Below are positions 13,101 through 22,500 of a stretch of DNA of 64,000 nucleotides, piece by piece. This stretch comes from Myxococcales bacterium (GTDB lineage Bacteria > Myxococcota_A > UBA9042): NCBI GenBank assembly GCA_037441385.1, contig JBBISH010000002.1, forward strand, positions 1 to 64,000, in the 5' to 3' direction. The position numbers and the translations under genes are program-made. How positions within the stretch are numbered: the stretch's first letter is position 1; each line of letters opens with the position of its first letter. A model generated the notes under the pieces. The model made no database searches. It was not told the origin of the DNA and was given only the letters and a program-made list of their open reading frames with translations.

Positions 13101-13800
13101 CCTCGCTGCCGGTCAAGAGGCAACTGGGCTGCGCGGGACTCACGTCGGCCAGACGGCGGACGGCGCTTTGCAGGAACGACTGCAAGTAGTTTTTGTCCAA
13201 GGTGTTCTTGGCGCCTACATTGCAGCCCATGTCGCACTGGCCGCAGTAAGTGCAGGCCGCGAGCGGACTTGCGGGATCAGCCCACAGGTTGATGGCCAAA
13301 GGTGCGTCCACGCAATGGTCGGCACGCCCCAGCTGGTCGGCCGCGGCGCGGAAGTGCTCGGTCTTGGGCGGCAACGGCTGGCCAGCCTCGGCCGCCTGCG
13401 ACACGAGCTTGAGGGCAATCTTCTGCTCGACGCGGTCGTAGTAGGGCGCAAGATCGAGCTGCGACAGCCCGGCCGATTTCCAAGGAGGCGAGTCGAGCGT
13501 GAGCGCCGGGGCGCGCAAGTGCACACTCGCGTAGATGAGCGAGCCGCCGCCCACCCCGGCCGCCGTGACCACGTCCACGTCCTGCCCAGGCTGCACATCG
13601 AACATGCCGCCGCGACCAGCCTGCCACAGCCACGAGTCGGGATCGGGTTCGCGCGAAAAATCCTGGTGATACTCCCAGCCGCGCTCCAAGACGCAGATCG
13701 GCCAGCCGGCTTGATGCAGGCGCTGAATGGTCACGGATCCGCCAAAGCCCGTGCCGACGACGACGGCCTTGAATGAATTCACCTTGAGCATGTTCTCCAT
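10111..13800 (-). CDS. GMC/cholesterol-oxidase-like flavoprotein fused to a C-terminal alpha/beta hydrolase
   Basis: GTGFGG FAD motif, GVGGGSLIYA, CTYCGQCDMGC, LYVLDASIFP..GVNP. C-terminal domain has GYDVWLLDWR, GHCMG and YAHQDL. Confidence 0.85.
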   Translation of the reverse strand: MENMLKVNSFKAVVVGTGFGGSVTIQRLHQAGWPICVLERGWEYHQDFSREPDPDSWLWQAGRGGMFDVQPGQDVDVVTAAGVGGGSLIYASVHLRAPALTLDSPPWKSAGLSQLDLAPYYDRVEQKIALKLVSQAAEAGQPLPPKTEHFRAAADQLGRADHCVDAPLAINLWADPASPLAACTYCGQCDMGCNVGAKNTLDKNYLQSFLQSAVRRLADVSPAQPSCLLTGSEAIAITGQPGSFAVRMRRYVEVNGRATWQEQVVTAENVFVCGGAIHSPALLLRSVDAGLQLAPTVVAQIGKKYSANADTFGLVTGSSSTAEVGIGPVITSVLVHQRTLPGGNTAYFLVEDGGISKRLVSLLDTLGGSDTATKRALQHARPHLGKVKQAFRKAASTHPGHRTTPQAAAPATLDSVAVLLMMGRDLAQGTMRLEQQPDDLARMEIRWDNAANWPVTEEQCAVASDLAAAMGGSFVLTPTQSYAHTAVTVHSQGGCAMGGVVDRLGKVIGMDGLYVLDASIFPDSVGVNPAHTICAVAEHHLDGILEGGLLPPKASVPTPPTELPIVLQGIPPKTQPVSLVMDEYMHGFGGVPASGILTRCLRGMVPSLVPTAFDTDCRAGRVRGQRVQLWLTLNLASIASFLAEPRHIVQLSGLVAVHGLTEPQGVAVQSGTLELLTADEGFYSRRMRYEIDFVGHEGKLYRLEGIKTIPDPENIVPNPWRDTTTLKVEVFAAGNKKDVVWRGIARLTAVDFARQLASTQLSGGQSSGEQKLLAARFGALFFGELWQAYVARFFARAAEPGGLVALATGFIAQEAMDHAQLPPRVEQARQDMIKWAKQKLALPCAPPPHQHVPVQLAERLPVDVPLYPTLGYADGRLRKVADGAERLTLFVSRYAPANQPRRNKKIALVAHGAGVSSSNFVLDTLPDHDNFATWLCERGYDVWLLDWRASCKVQMSQFDLDVASVVDYAAALDVLQQAYHKVGMPPVSLIGHCMGANSILQALMTGAISHDAHNIERAVLSSIGLHFEVPTVTRLKVDARVAELMEDTGLGYLTARADHPGHRVLHTLWSAGLGLVHPECTNTACHRMNFMYGSPFRHENLAHETHERLAEEFGYLSAHTFVHISQQVRAGHSQAFDYGPDENGKRYGQVTPPSYLQMTPPSDVELVLFTGEHNQLWLPRGLQDTGEFLRQTGANLLDLREIAGYAHQDLYWGIHARADVWDGYLASYL

Positions 13801-14105
13801 GCTGGCACTCTATGCGAGGCACTTGCCTTGGGCCCCATCGTCACACCGCGTGCCCGGCGATGCAAGTTGCAGCCAGCGCCCCTGTGGCCTGTGTGGACTG
13901 CGGCGCCCCCGATCCGCCACCGAAATTCGCCCCGGCCGCCGATTTGGGATGCAAATCAAGGCGCAAGGAGCGGAGCAACGGAGGCGACCTAGAGGTCGCC
14001 GCACGGAGAGTAGTGACGCTGCAACGCCGGGTTGCGCCCAACGCGGCGGATCGGTGGCGCAGTGTGGGCTGGATCGCATTGGGCTGCGGCATTAGGATAG
14101 CCACG

Positions 14106-17100
14106 ATGCTGGAAGGAAGTGCGAGCTTCGTGCCCCGTCGGCTCATTGGCGTGCTCGACCCGCGCCAACGAGGCCCGCACGCGGTGCGCCTGAACGTTGC
14201 GCTACTTTCTGTAGACATTACCGGGTTTACCGCACTGTCCAGCTTGTGGGCTCGGCGTGGCGCCGATGGCACGGAGCACATCACCGCGTTGCTCGAAGGC
14301 TATTTCGCGCAGGTGGTCGGGGTCATCGCGAGCCACGGCGGCGAGGCCGTCTACTTTGCCGGCGACGGGATCCTGGCGTGGTGGCCGATGGAGGCCGATG
14401 GCCGGGCCGAGGAACGCGCGGTGGCGTGCGCCCTGGACCTGCAGGCCACGGTAGCCGGCTTCTTGGTGGGTACAACCGCTCTGCACATCAAGATTGGCGT
14501 GGCCTCTGGCCCGGCGTGGCTGGCGCGGCTGGGCGGCGTGGCCGGGCGCTGGATCTTGGGTCTGACCGGTCCGGCGCTGGCGCGCGTCAGTGCCGCCGAG
14601 ACCGCTTGCCGGCCGGACGAGGCCCGGATCGCCACCGGTAACGAAGGCGAGAGCACCCGCTTGTTCCGCAATGGGCGGTCGCTGGCGCGCGTGCCGCCGC
14701 CCGAAATCCCGCCGCTACCGGAACTGCCGCCACCCCAAGCGGAAGACGGCGATCCCTTGGCTAGTCCGGCCGACTATCTGCCCCGCGTCGTGCGCGAGCG
14801 CTGGCGCGGCGACGAGTCGGAGTGGCTGGCCGAACTGCGCATTTTGACTGTAGTCTTTGTCCGCCTGGACGGCTTGGCCGGCGACGCCATGGCACAACTG
14901 CAGACCGCGATTTGCCATATCCAGCGGGTGGTAGACCGGCTGGACGGCGTGGTCGACAAGTTCCTGGTCGATGCCAAAGGTCCAACGGTCATCCTGGTTT
15001 TTGGCCTACCGCCCACGCCCAGCGACGACGTGTCCGGCCGAGGCATCCGCGCGGCGTCGACGATCGTCACGGGGCTGCAGCACCACGGGGTCAGCTGCGG
15101 CGTGGGTGTGGCGACCGGCAGGGCCTACTGCGGCCCGCTGGGTCCCAAAGAGCGCCGTGAATACGCGGTGATCGGGCCAACTGTGAACCTGGCGGCGCGG
15201 CTGATGGAGGCCTGCGACCAGGGCGTACTGGTTTGCGACACCACCCGCACCGCGGCGACGCACCGAGTGCGCTGTGTCGACCCGGTGGAGCTGGAGCTCA
15301 AGGGATTCCCAGGCAAGATCAGGGCATGGCGGCCTCTGGCGCCCGCGGGCGAAGTGGCCACCGAGCAACTGCTGGTGGGGCGCGAGCGGGAGCGCGAACG
15401 CATCTCGGCGTCGCTGAGGCAGATCCTGGCGGATCAGGTGATTTGCCTTGGGTTGCTGGGCGATCCGGGCTGCGGCAAGACGGCGATGGGCCGGCAGGCG
15501 CGCGCCGAGGCGGTGGCCCTTGGCATCGAAGTATGGGATGTCATTGGGGATCCGTTGGAGCAGTTCTCGCCCCTGCACGCTTGGCGGCGCGTGGTGCTGC
15601 GGGCCCTGGGGGTCGCCGATCTGAACTCGGCCAAACAGGCCCACTCGGTGATCGCGGCCTGCGACGCACTGGCCGACGCCGAGGAAGTGACCCCCTTGCT
15701 GATCGATCTGCTGGGGATGGCCGGGCGCGACACGCCAGCGACGCGCCATTTGGTGGGGACGGCGCGTGCGGACCATACCTTGCGCGTGGTGTCGGATTGG
15801 CTGGCGGGCCGAGTGGGTGTGGCGCCGTCCCTGCTGTTGTTGGACGACTGGCAGTGGGTCGATGCGGAGTCGCGCAAGCTGGCGGCGGCGTTGTTTGCGA
15901 AGTTGCCGGCTACGTTGATGATTGTCATGGCACGCCGCATGGCGGCCGACGACCCGCTGTACCCCCATGCCGAGCCCGTGCCGCTGCCACCCTTTGACGA
16001 GCAGTCGGCCGCCGCCCTGTTGTGCGCCCGGACGGGTGCGTCGCAAGTCTCGCCCGAACTGGTCGCAACGATCCAGGAGCGCACCGGCGGAAATCCGCAG
16101 TACATCGAACAGCTTGCCGAGATGCTGGTCGCAAGCCACAGCGTGGAATTGGCGGCGGGGCAGCTGACTTTGGCGCCGGGTGGGGCGGCACAACTCAGCG
16201 CGATCCCTACCACCATCGAGGGGATCGTGGCCGCACGCGTCGACGCGCTCGACAGCGACGCCCAGCTAACCCTAAAGGTCGCGAGCGCGATCGGCTGCGT
16301 GTTCAGCCTGCCGGTGCTGCGCGAAGCCCTACCCAATGAGTCGGCTCGGGCCCGCCTGGAAGTGTCGCTGAGTACGCTGCATCGGCGCGGGCTCGTGGCC
16401 CCCGCCGACGAGTTGAACCCCGACATCTGGATGTTCCAGCAGGCGATCGTGCAGGAAGTGGTTCACGCCCAGTTGGTGGTGGGGCAGCGCAAGGCGCTGC
16501 ATCTGCGGATCTCGAGCTGCTACCTGCGCAATGGCTCGCGGCCTGCCTCGCCCGGGGTGCTGTCGCGGCACCTGGCGCTGGCGGGCGACCTGGCGCAGGC
16601 ACAGGACTATGGTGAGCGAGCCTGCCGCGAGGCCATGGACCAGGGGGCGTACGTAGAGGCGCGCGCCCACGGGATCGCCAGCCTGGAGCTGTGCGACCTA
16701 CTGGATGCCGAGGGGGCGACGGATGTGCGCGGGCGGCGCGTGCGCTCGCTGCGGCTGCTGGCCGAGATTGCCGCCAGCTTGGGCGATTTGCGCCAGAGCG
16801 GCGATTTTGCAGTGTCCAGCTTGACGTACGCGGGGCAGGAGCCGACGGGCGGGGCGCTGCGGTGGGTCGACGTGGCGGTGCAATTCGCGCTGGTGCTGTC
16901 TGGCTTTTGGGCGGTTGGGCCGGGCCACGCGCCGGGCGATCGCGCCCAGGGCCTGGACTTGGCGCGCAATTGGCAGGTGCTGGCCAAGGTGCACTTCTTT
17001 GAGAACGATGTACCTGGAATGGTTCAGGCCTGCCTGCGATTTTGCGGCGCAGCAGAGCGCGGTGGTGCCTCGCCCGAACTGGCGTCGGCGTGGATTGCGA

Positions 17101-18101
17101 TGTCGACGCTGCTGGCCGTGCTGCCGCTGCCGTGGCTGGCGCGTCGCTACCAGCGCCGGGCGCTGGATCTAGCCAATTCGCTTGATGATCCAAATGCTTC
17201 GACTTGGGTCAGTCTGGTGGCGGCGCTCAATGCGGTGGGGCGCGGCGATTGGACCCAAGTGGCCGAACACACTGCGGCGGTGCAGCGCCACTCGCCGGCC
17301 ACGCGCGACTTGGAGTCCTGGGGCAGCGCGCAAGCCCTGGCGACTTGGGCCTGTTTCTACCAGGGCGACGACGCGGGCGTGCGCGAACGGGCGGCCTTGC
17401 TCCGCGACCGCGCCCAAACCCAGAACCACGGGCAGCAGGCCCTGTGGGCCGACCGATTCCTGGGAGAGCAGGCTTTGTTGCAAGGTCAGCCGCAAGAGGC
17501 CGTGGCGCTGCTGGTGCCGGCGGTGGCCAAGCTCCGCAACGACAGCGATACGGCGGAACTGCTGGTCGCGATGGGCGGCTTGGCACAAGCCTTTGCCTCG
17601 TTGGGGAGTTGGCGCGAGCTGGAGGCGCTGGTCCACGAAGCCCTGGGCCTGCTGCAGCGGATGGGGCGGCCGACAAGTCATGTGGTTGCCCACGCTTGCG
17701 TGTGTCTGGCCCTGGCCGTCGAAGTGGCGAACCAGTCCAAGCCGGCGCAGACCTGGGCCAAGGAGGCCGCGGCCGGCTTGCTGACCATCCTGGACCGGTG
17801 CGCGGCAGGTTATGCGACAGCCGCGCCGTGGCGAGCGTGGGCGCGGGCGGCAAGTGCGCTGCGTTCCGGCCACGGGCGGCGAGGTCAGCGCTGGATGGCT
17901 CGCGGCTTGCGTACGGCGGAACAGCTAGGGATGCTGCGGGCGCGCCAGCTGTTACTTGGCCTGCGCTGCGATCCGACCCGGGGCCAAGAGGCCGCGCCGA
18001 CCGAGCGCCAGGAGCTGCGCACGCTGACCAGCAGGTTGGGTCCTTGGCTGGACCCGCAGCGGCTGCTGCCGCATGCCGAGCCGCAGCGCAAGGTGGCCTA
18101 G
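14106..18101 (+). CDS. Tandem class III nucleotide cyclase - STAND/AAA ATPase - TPR-like protein (sAC/ADCY10-like architecture)
   Basis: C1: VDITGFT and FAGDG. C2: VDKF and EYAVIGPTVNLAARLM. Walker A GDPGCGKT, Walker B LLLLDDWQWVD, GGNP. Helical C-terminal half. Start at ATG 14106 is inferred. Confidence 0.85.
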   Translation: MLEGSASFVPRRLIGVLDPRQRGPHAVRLNVALLSVDITGFTALSSLWARRGADGTEHITALLEGYFAQVVGVIASHGGEAVYFAGDGILAWWPMEADGRAEERAVACALDLQATVAGFLVGTTALHIKIGVASGPAWLARLGGVAGRWILGLTGPALARVSAAETACRPDEARIATGNEGESTRLFRNGRSLARVPPPEIPPLPELPPPQAEDGDPLASPADYLPRVVRERWRGDESEWLAELRILTVVFVRLDGLAGDAMAQLQTAICHIQRVVDRLDGVVDKFLVDAKGPTVILVFGLPPTPSDDVSGRGIRAASTIVTGLQHHGVSCGVGVATGRAYCGPLGPKERREYAVIGPTVNLAARLMEACDQGVLVCDTTRTAATHRVRCVDPVELELKGFPGKIRAWRPLAPAGEVATEQLLVGRERERERISASLRQILADQVICLGLLGDPGCGKTAMGRQARAEAVALGIEVWDVIGDPLEQFSPLHAWRRVVLRALGVADLNSAKQAHSVIAACDALADAEEVTPLLIDLLGMAGRDTPATRHLVGTARADHTLRVVSDWLAGRVGVAPSLLLLDDWQWVDAESRKLAAALFAKLPATLMIVMARRMAADDPLYPHAEPVPLPPFDEQSAAALLCARTGASQVSPELVATIQERTGGNPQYIEQLAEMLVASHSVELAAGQLTLAPGGAAQLSAIPTTIEGIVAARVDALDSDAQLTLKVASAIGCVFSLPVLREALPNESARARLEVSLSTLHRRGLVAPADELNPDIWMFQQAIVQEVVHAQLVVGQRKALHLRISSCYLRNGSRPASPGVLSRHLALAGDLAQAQDYGERACREAMDQGAYVEARAHGIASLELCDLLDAEGATDVRGRRVRSLRLLAEIAASLGDLRQSGDFAVSSLTYAGQEPTGGALRWVDVAVQFALVLSGFWAVGPGHAPGDRAQGLDLARNWQVLAKVHFFENDVPGMVQACLRFCGAAERGGASPELASAWIAMSTLLAVLPLPWLARRYQRRALDLANSLDDPNASTWVSLVAALNAVGRGDWTQVAEHTAAVQRHSPATRDLESWGSAQALATWACFYQGDDAGVRERAALLRDRAQTQNHGQQALWADRFLGEQALLQGQPQEAVALLVPAVAKLRNDSDTAELLVAMGGLAQAFASLGSWRELEALVHEALGLLQRMGRPTSHVVAHACVCLALAVEVANQSKPAQTWAKEAAAGLLTILDRCAAGYATAAPWRAWARAASALRSGHGRRGQRWMARGLRTAEQLGMLRARQLLLGLRCDPTRGQEAAPTERQELRTLTSRLGPWLDPQRLLPHAEPQRKVA

Positions 18102-18274
18102 ATCCGACCCAGCGAGCGTCTGCCGCGGGATGATTTCTGTTTCATGTTGCCGGTTTACAAGCAACACAAAGGCCGACCCGTGCCCGCGCAACCAACCGGC
18201 CTGGCTTGCAGTCGCCATGAGTTCGCGTAGGCTTGCCGCTACCGCGGTGGTCGCGCTGCACGTTGGGGGAATCG

Positions 18275-18970
18275 ATGACCAGATCGAGCCAGATGACGCC
18301 GGGCGCGAGTGCCAGAAATCGCCATAACCGATGCACCTACTTGGCCGTATTGTTCGCCTTGGCCGTACTGGGCCCGGGTTGCCGCGGCGTAGCGGGCAGC
18401 GGAACAGCCAAGTCCGAGGTGCGAACGGTGACGGGGTTTGCCCGCATCGACGTGACCGGCGCGCTGGCACTGCAGGTCGACATCGCGGACGGCGCGACCG
18501 AGGTGAGCGTCCAAGGCGACGACAACTTGGTGCCCAACGTGACCACCAAGGTCGAGGGCGATACCCTGAAAGTGGGCACCTTGCTCGAGATGTCGCCCTC
18601 GCTGCCGTTGCAAGTCCGCGTCAAGGTGCCCGCACTGGCTTCGGTGCAGTTCAGCGGCGCGGGCAAGGCCGACGTCCAGGGGCTGCGGGGCGAGCGGTTC
18701 CAGGCCGAAGTGTCGGGGGCGGCGGCGGCGCACTTGGTGGGCGCGGTGGATCGCGTGGAGTTGCGCCTGAGCGGGGCTGGGTCGCTGGATGCTGGCGAGT
18801 TGCGCACCCACGACGCCAAGGTGGTGGTCAGCGGTGCGGGCGGTGTCGACGTCTACGCCGATCGCAGCTTGGACGCGGACATCAGCGGGGCGAGCAGCAT
18901 CCACTATGGCGGCCATCCGGCGACGGTCACCAAACATATCAGCGGCGTAGGCGTGCTGCGCGCCAAGTAG
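18275..18970 (+). CDS. DUF2807 (head GIN) domain lipoprotein
   Basis: Repeated SGAG beta-helix motifs, GDDNLVP and YGGHP; lipobox-like GPGC. Start is uncertain. Confidence 0.8.
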   Translation: MTRSSQMTPGASARNRHNRCTYLAVLFALAVLGPGCRGVAGSGTAKSEVRTVTGFARIDVTGALALQVDIADGATEVSVQGDDNLVPNVTTKVEGDTLKVGTLLEMSPSLPLQVRVKVPALASVQFSGAGKADVQGLRGERFQAEVSGAAAAHLVGAVDRVELRLSGAGSLDAGELRTHDAKVVVSGAGGVDVYADRSLDADISGASSIHYGGHPATVTKHISGVGVLRAK

Positions 18971-18976
18971 GCCACT

Positions 18977-19591
18977 ATGGGCGACCTGCCAACCCGGTAT
19001 GTGCCGGACCGCGACGTAGAATTCGGCTTGGGGCCCTGTCGCTTGCGGCGTTGGCGCGACGGCGACCAGCCCAGCCTGGTGCAGCACGCCAACGACGAGG
19101 GGGTGGCCCGCTGGCTGCGCGACGGCTTCCCGCACCCCTACACCGCGGCCGATGCCGATGGCTGGGTGGACCACGCAGGAACCGCGCTGGCCGGCTTGGT
19201 CTTTGCGATCGATGTGGACGGCAAGGCTGTGGGCAGTGTGGGCCTGATGCCGGGCGCGGATGTGTTCGCGTGGTCCGCCGAGGTGGGCTATTGGCTTGGG
19301 CGAGCGTTTTGGGGCCGCGGTCTGGCCCCGCTCGCGCTGGCCGCGCTGAGTGCGCACGCGCTGGGGCCGATGGGCTACTTGCGCCTGTACGCGGGTGTGT
19401 TTGCCGGCAACGAACGCTCGGCGCGCGTGCTGGCCAAGTGCGGCTACGAGCTCGAGGGCGTGCGGCGCGCAGCGGTAGTCAAGCGCGGGACGATGTATGA
19501 TGAGGCGGTGTGGGTGCGCTTGGCGGCGGATCATCCCACCGTGCAAGGCCGCAGGGTTTGGGCGGCGCAGGGGAGTACCCATGAAGGTTGA
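18977..19591 (+). CDS. GNAT family N-acetyltransferase (RimJ/RimL-like)
   Basis: Motifs FPHPYT, EVGYWLG..WGRG and N..S.RVL.K.GY..EG. Confidence 0.9.
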   Translation: MGDLPTRYVPDRDVEFGLGPCRLRRWRDGDQPSLVQHANDEGVARWLRDGFPHPYTAADADGWVDHAGTALAGLVFAIDVDGKAVGSVGLMPGADVFAWSAEVGYWLGRAFWGRGLAPLALAALSAHALGPMGYLRLYAGVFAGNERSARVLAKCGYELEGVRRAAVVKRGTMYDEAVWVRLAADHPTVQGRRVWAAQGSTHEG

Positions 19592-22500
19592 CCGTCTCGC
19601 GCGCTGGGTCGCGCTGACTTGCCTGGCGTGGGCAGTGGCGGGGTGCGGAGCCTCGGCGGGCAGCGGCCAAACCAACGGCGGCTCCACGAGTGGCACCGGC
19701 GACAGCACAGCCGATGTCGCGGCAGATGGTGCTGGCGACGATGCGGCTGACGTGGGGAGCCCCGACCTGGGGCCACCGCCCAGCGACGCCCCAGACAGCG
19801 GAGACGGCGGCACCACGGCGGATAGTGACGCGGCCAGCGACATGGCCGACAGTGGCGGGGAGTTGCCCGGCGAGGACGCCAACGCGACTCCCGAGATCGC
19901 TGAAATGGATACGGTTCTGGCAGACAGCGCCGACGCAGGGGAGCCCGACGGCCAAGATGCAGACGTAGCGGCCGGCGAGGACGCGACGGCGACGGATGCG
20001 GCGGTCGAAGAGGTCGACGCGGGCTGCCCCGCGAGCGGCTGCCCCTGCGCCACAGCGAGCGAGTGCGCGAGCGGCGCCTGCCTTCTGCGCAAGAATGGCA
20101 GCCACACCTGCGGCGTTGTCTGTGGCAGCGGCTGCCCCAAGGGCCAAGTCTGCGACAGCAAGGGCGAGTTCTGCGTGGAGCCCGACCTGCAGTTGTGCGA
20201 CCCCTGCGGCAGCAACGCGGACTGCAACGCCGCGGGCAGCGGCGACGTGTGCATCAAGCTGGGCGCCGGCGGCAGCTTTTGCGGCATTGCCTGTGGCACG
20301 GTGAGCAACTGCCCGTCGGGCTACGAGTGCATGCAAGTCAAGGACGCCCAAGGCGCTCTGGTGGCCCAGTGCCGCCCGGCCGGGGGCGCCCCGTGTGGCT
20401 GCTCGCCGCGCGCCGTAGAGCTGGCGTTGGCGACCACCTGCACGAGCGCCGCCACGCCGTGCGCCGGCCAGCGCAAGTGCAGCCCTGCCGGCCTTGGTAG
20501 CTGCCAAGCACCCGAACCAACTAGCGAAGTGTGCGATGGCTTGGACAACGACTGCGACGGTCAAACCGACGCCGCCGGCCTGTGCGATGATCAGCTCCCC
20601 TGCACCACCGACGTCTGCGGCGCGGGCGGCTGCCAGTTCGTGCCCCTGGCCACGGGCGCTACGTGCGACGACCTGGAGCCGTGCACCCAAAACGACGGCT
20701 GCGACGGCAAAGGCAGTTGTGCCCCCGGCGCGGCGGCGGATTGCGATGACCAGAACGCGTGCACCGGTGATTCGTGCGAGGCCGGCAAGGGTTGCGTGCA
20801 CTTGGCGCTCGACGCCACCTGCGACGACGGCGACGCGTGCAGCGCTGGCGAAGCCTGCAAGGGTGGCGTGTGCCAGGGGGGCAAGGCCGTGGACTGCGGC
20901 GACGGCAATGCCTGCACGGACGACAGCTGCAACAGCGCGACGGGCTGCAAGGTCGTGTTCAACTCGGCGCCCTGCAGCGACGGCGACGTGTGTACCCTGG
21001 GCGACGTGTGCGACGGCGGCTTCTGCACCATCGCCGGACCGCTGGACTGCGACGACAAGAACCCGTGTACGGCCGATTCGTGCGACGGCGTCAAGGGTTG
21101 CCAGCACGGTGCCACGGCGGGGGCGTGCAGCGACGGCAGCGCCTGCACCAGCGGCGACACATGCTTCTCTGGACTTTGCCAGGCCGGCACGGCGGTGAAC
21201 TGCGACGACGGCAAGGTGTGCACGACCGACAGTTGCGAACCGGCGAGCGGGTGCACCCATGCGACCAACACGGCGCCGTGCAGCGACGGCAACGCTTGCA
21301 GCAATGGCGACACGTGCGCAGACGGCGCGTGCAAGTCGGGCCCGGCCCTAGAGTGCGACGACGGCAAGGTTTGCACCACCGACAGCTGCGACCCGGCCAA
21401 GGGCTGTGTCAACGCAGCCAACAGCGAACCGTGCAGCGACGGCAACGCCTGCACCCTGGACGACCTCTGTGGCGGCGCGATCTGCCAGCCCGGCAAGGCG
21501 CTGAGCTGCGACGACAAGAACCCGTGCACTGCAGATTCGTGCGACGCCAAGGCGGGTTGCGTGAACATTCCGGACACGATCACCTGCAGCGACGGCAACG
21601 CCTGCACCCAGAGCGACACGTGCGGCGGTGGCGCGTGCTTGCCGGGTAGCGCGGTCGCCTGCGACGACCAGAATCCTTGCACCAACGACAGTTGCGACCC
21701 ATCCAAGGGCTGCGTCGCCCTGCCCAACGCCGCCACCTGCAGCGACGGGAGCGCCTGCACCACGGACGACGCCTGCAGCGGCGGAAAATGCGGCGGCACG
21801 GCGCTCGACTGCGACGACAAGAACCCCTGCACGGCGGACTCGTGTGACAAACTGAGTGGGTGCACGAGCTTGCCCAACAGCGCCACCTGTACGGACGGGA
21901 ACTCGTGCACCGCCGGCGACACCTGCAGCGGCGGGGCGTGCCAGCCCGGCGGCGCCTCGGCCTGCAACGACAACCAGGTCTGCACCGACGATACGTGTGA
22001 CGCGAGCGTGGGTTGCGTGTACCTGCCCAACACCGCGACCTGCTCGGATGGCAGCATCTGCACGGGTGGCGACGTGTGCAGCGGCGGCAAGTGCGCCGGC
22101 AGCGCGCTGAACTGCGATGACGGCAACGGCTGCACGGCCGATAGCTGTGACCTTGTCAAGGGTTGCGTGCACACCGCCCTGACGTGCGCCGTGGGCACCG
22201 CGTGCCAAAAGAGCACCGGCACGTGCAGCGCCAAGGTGCTCATCAGCGAGTTCGCCGTCACAGGGAACGCTGCCGACGACGAGTTCATCGAGCTCTACAA
22301 CCCGGGCGACGCCGCAGCCAGCCTGAAGGGGATGCAGGTCGCGTACCGCTCGGCCACGGGCTCGACTTGGGGCAACAAGCTGCCCACGGGCGGCGTGACC
22401 GACTTGACCATCCCGGCCAAGGGGTTCTTCCTCATCACGAGCGGCGGCAGCAACTACACGGGCACGACGAGCCCGGACTTCACGGCGACGGCGGGCCTAG

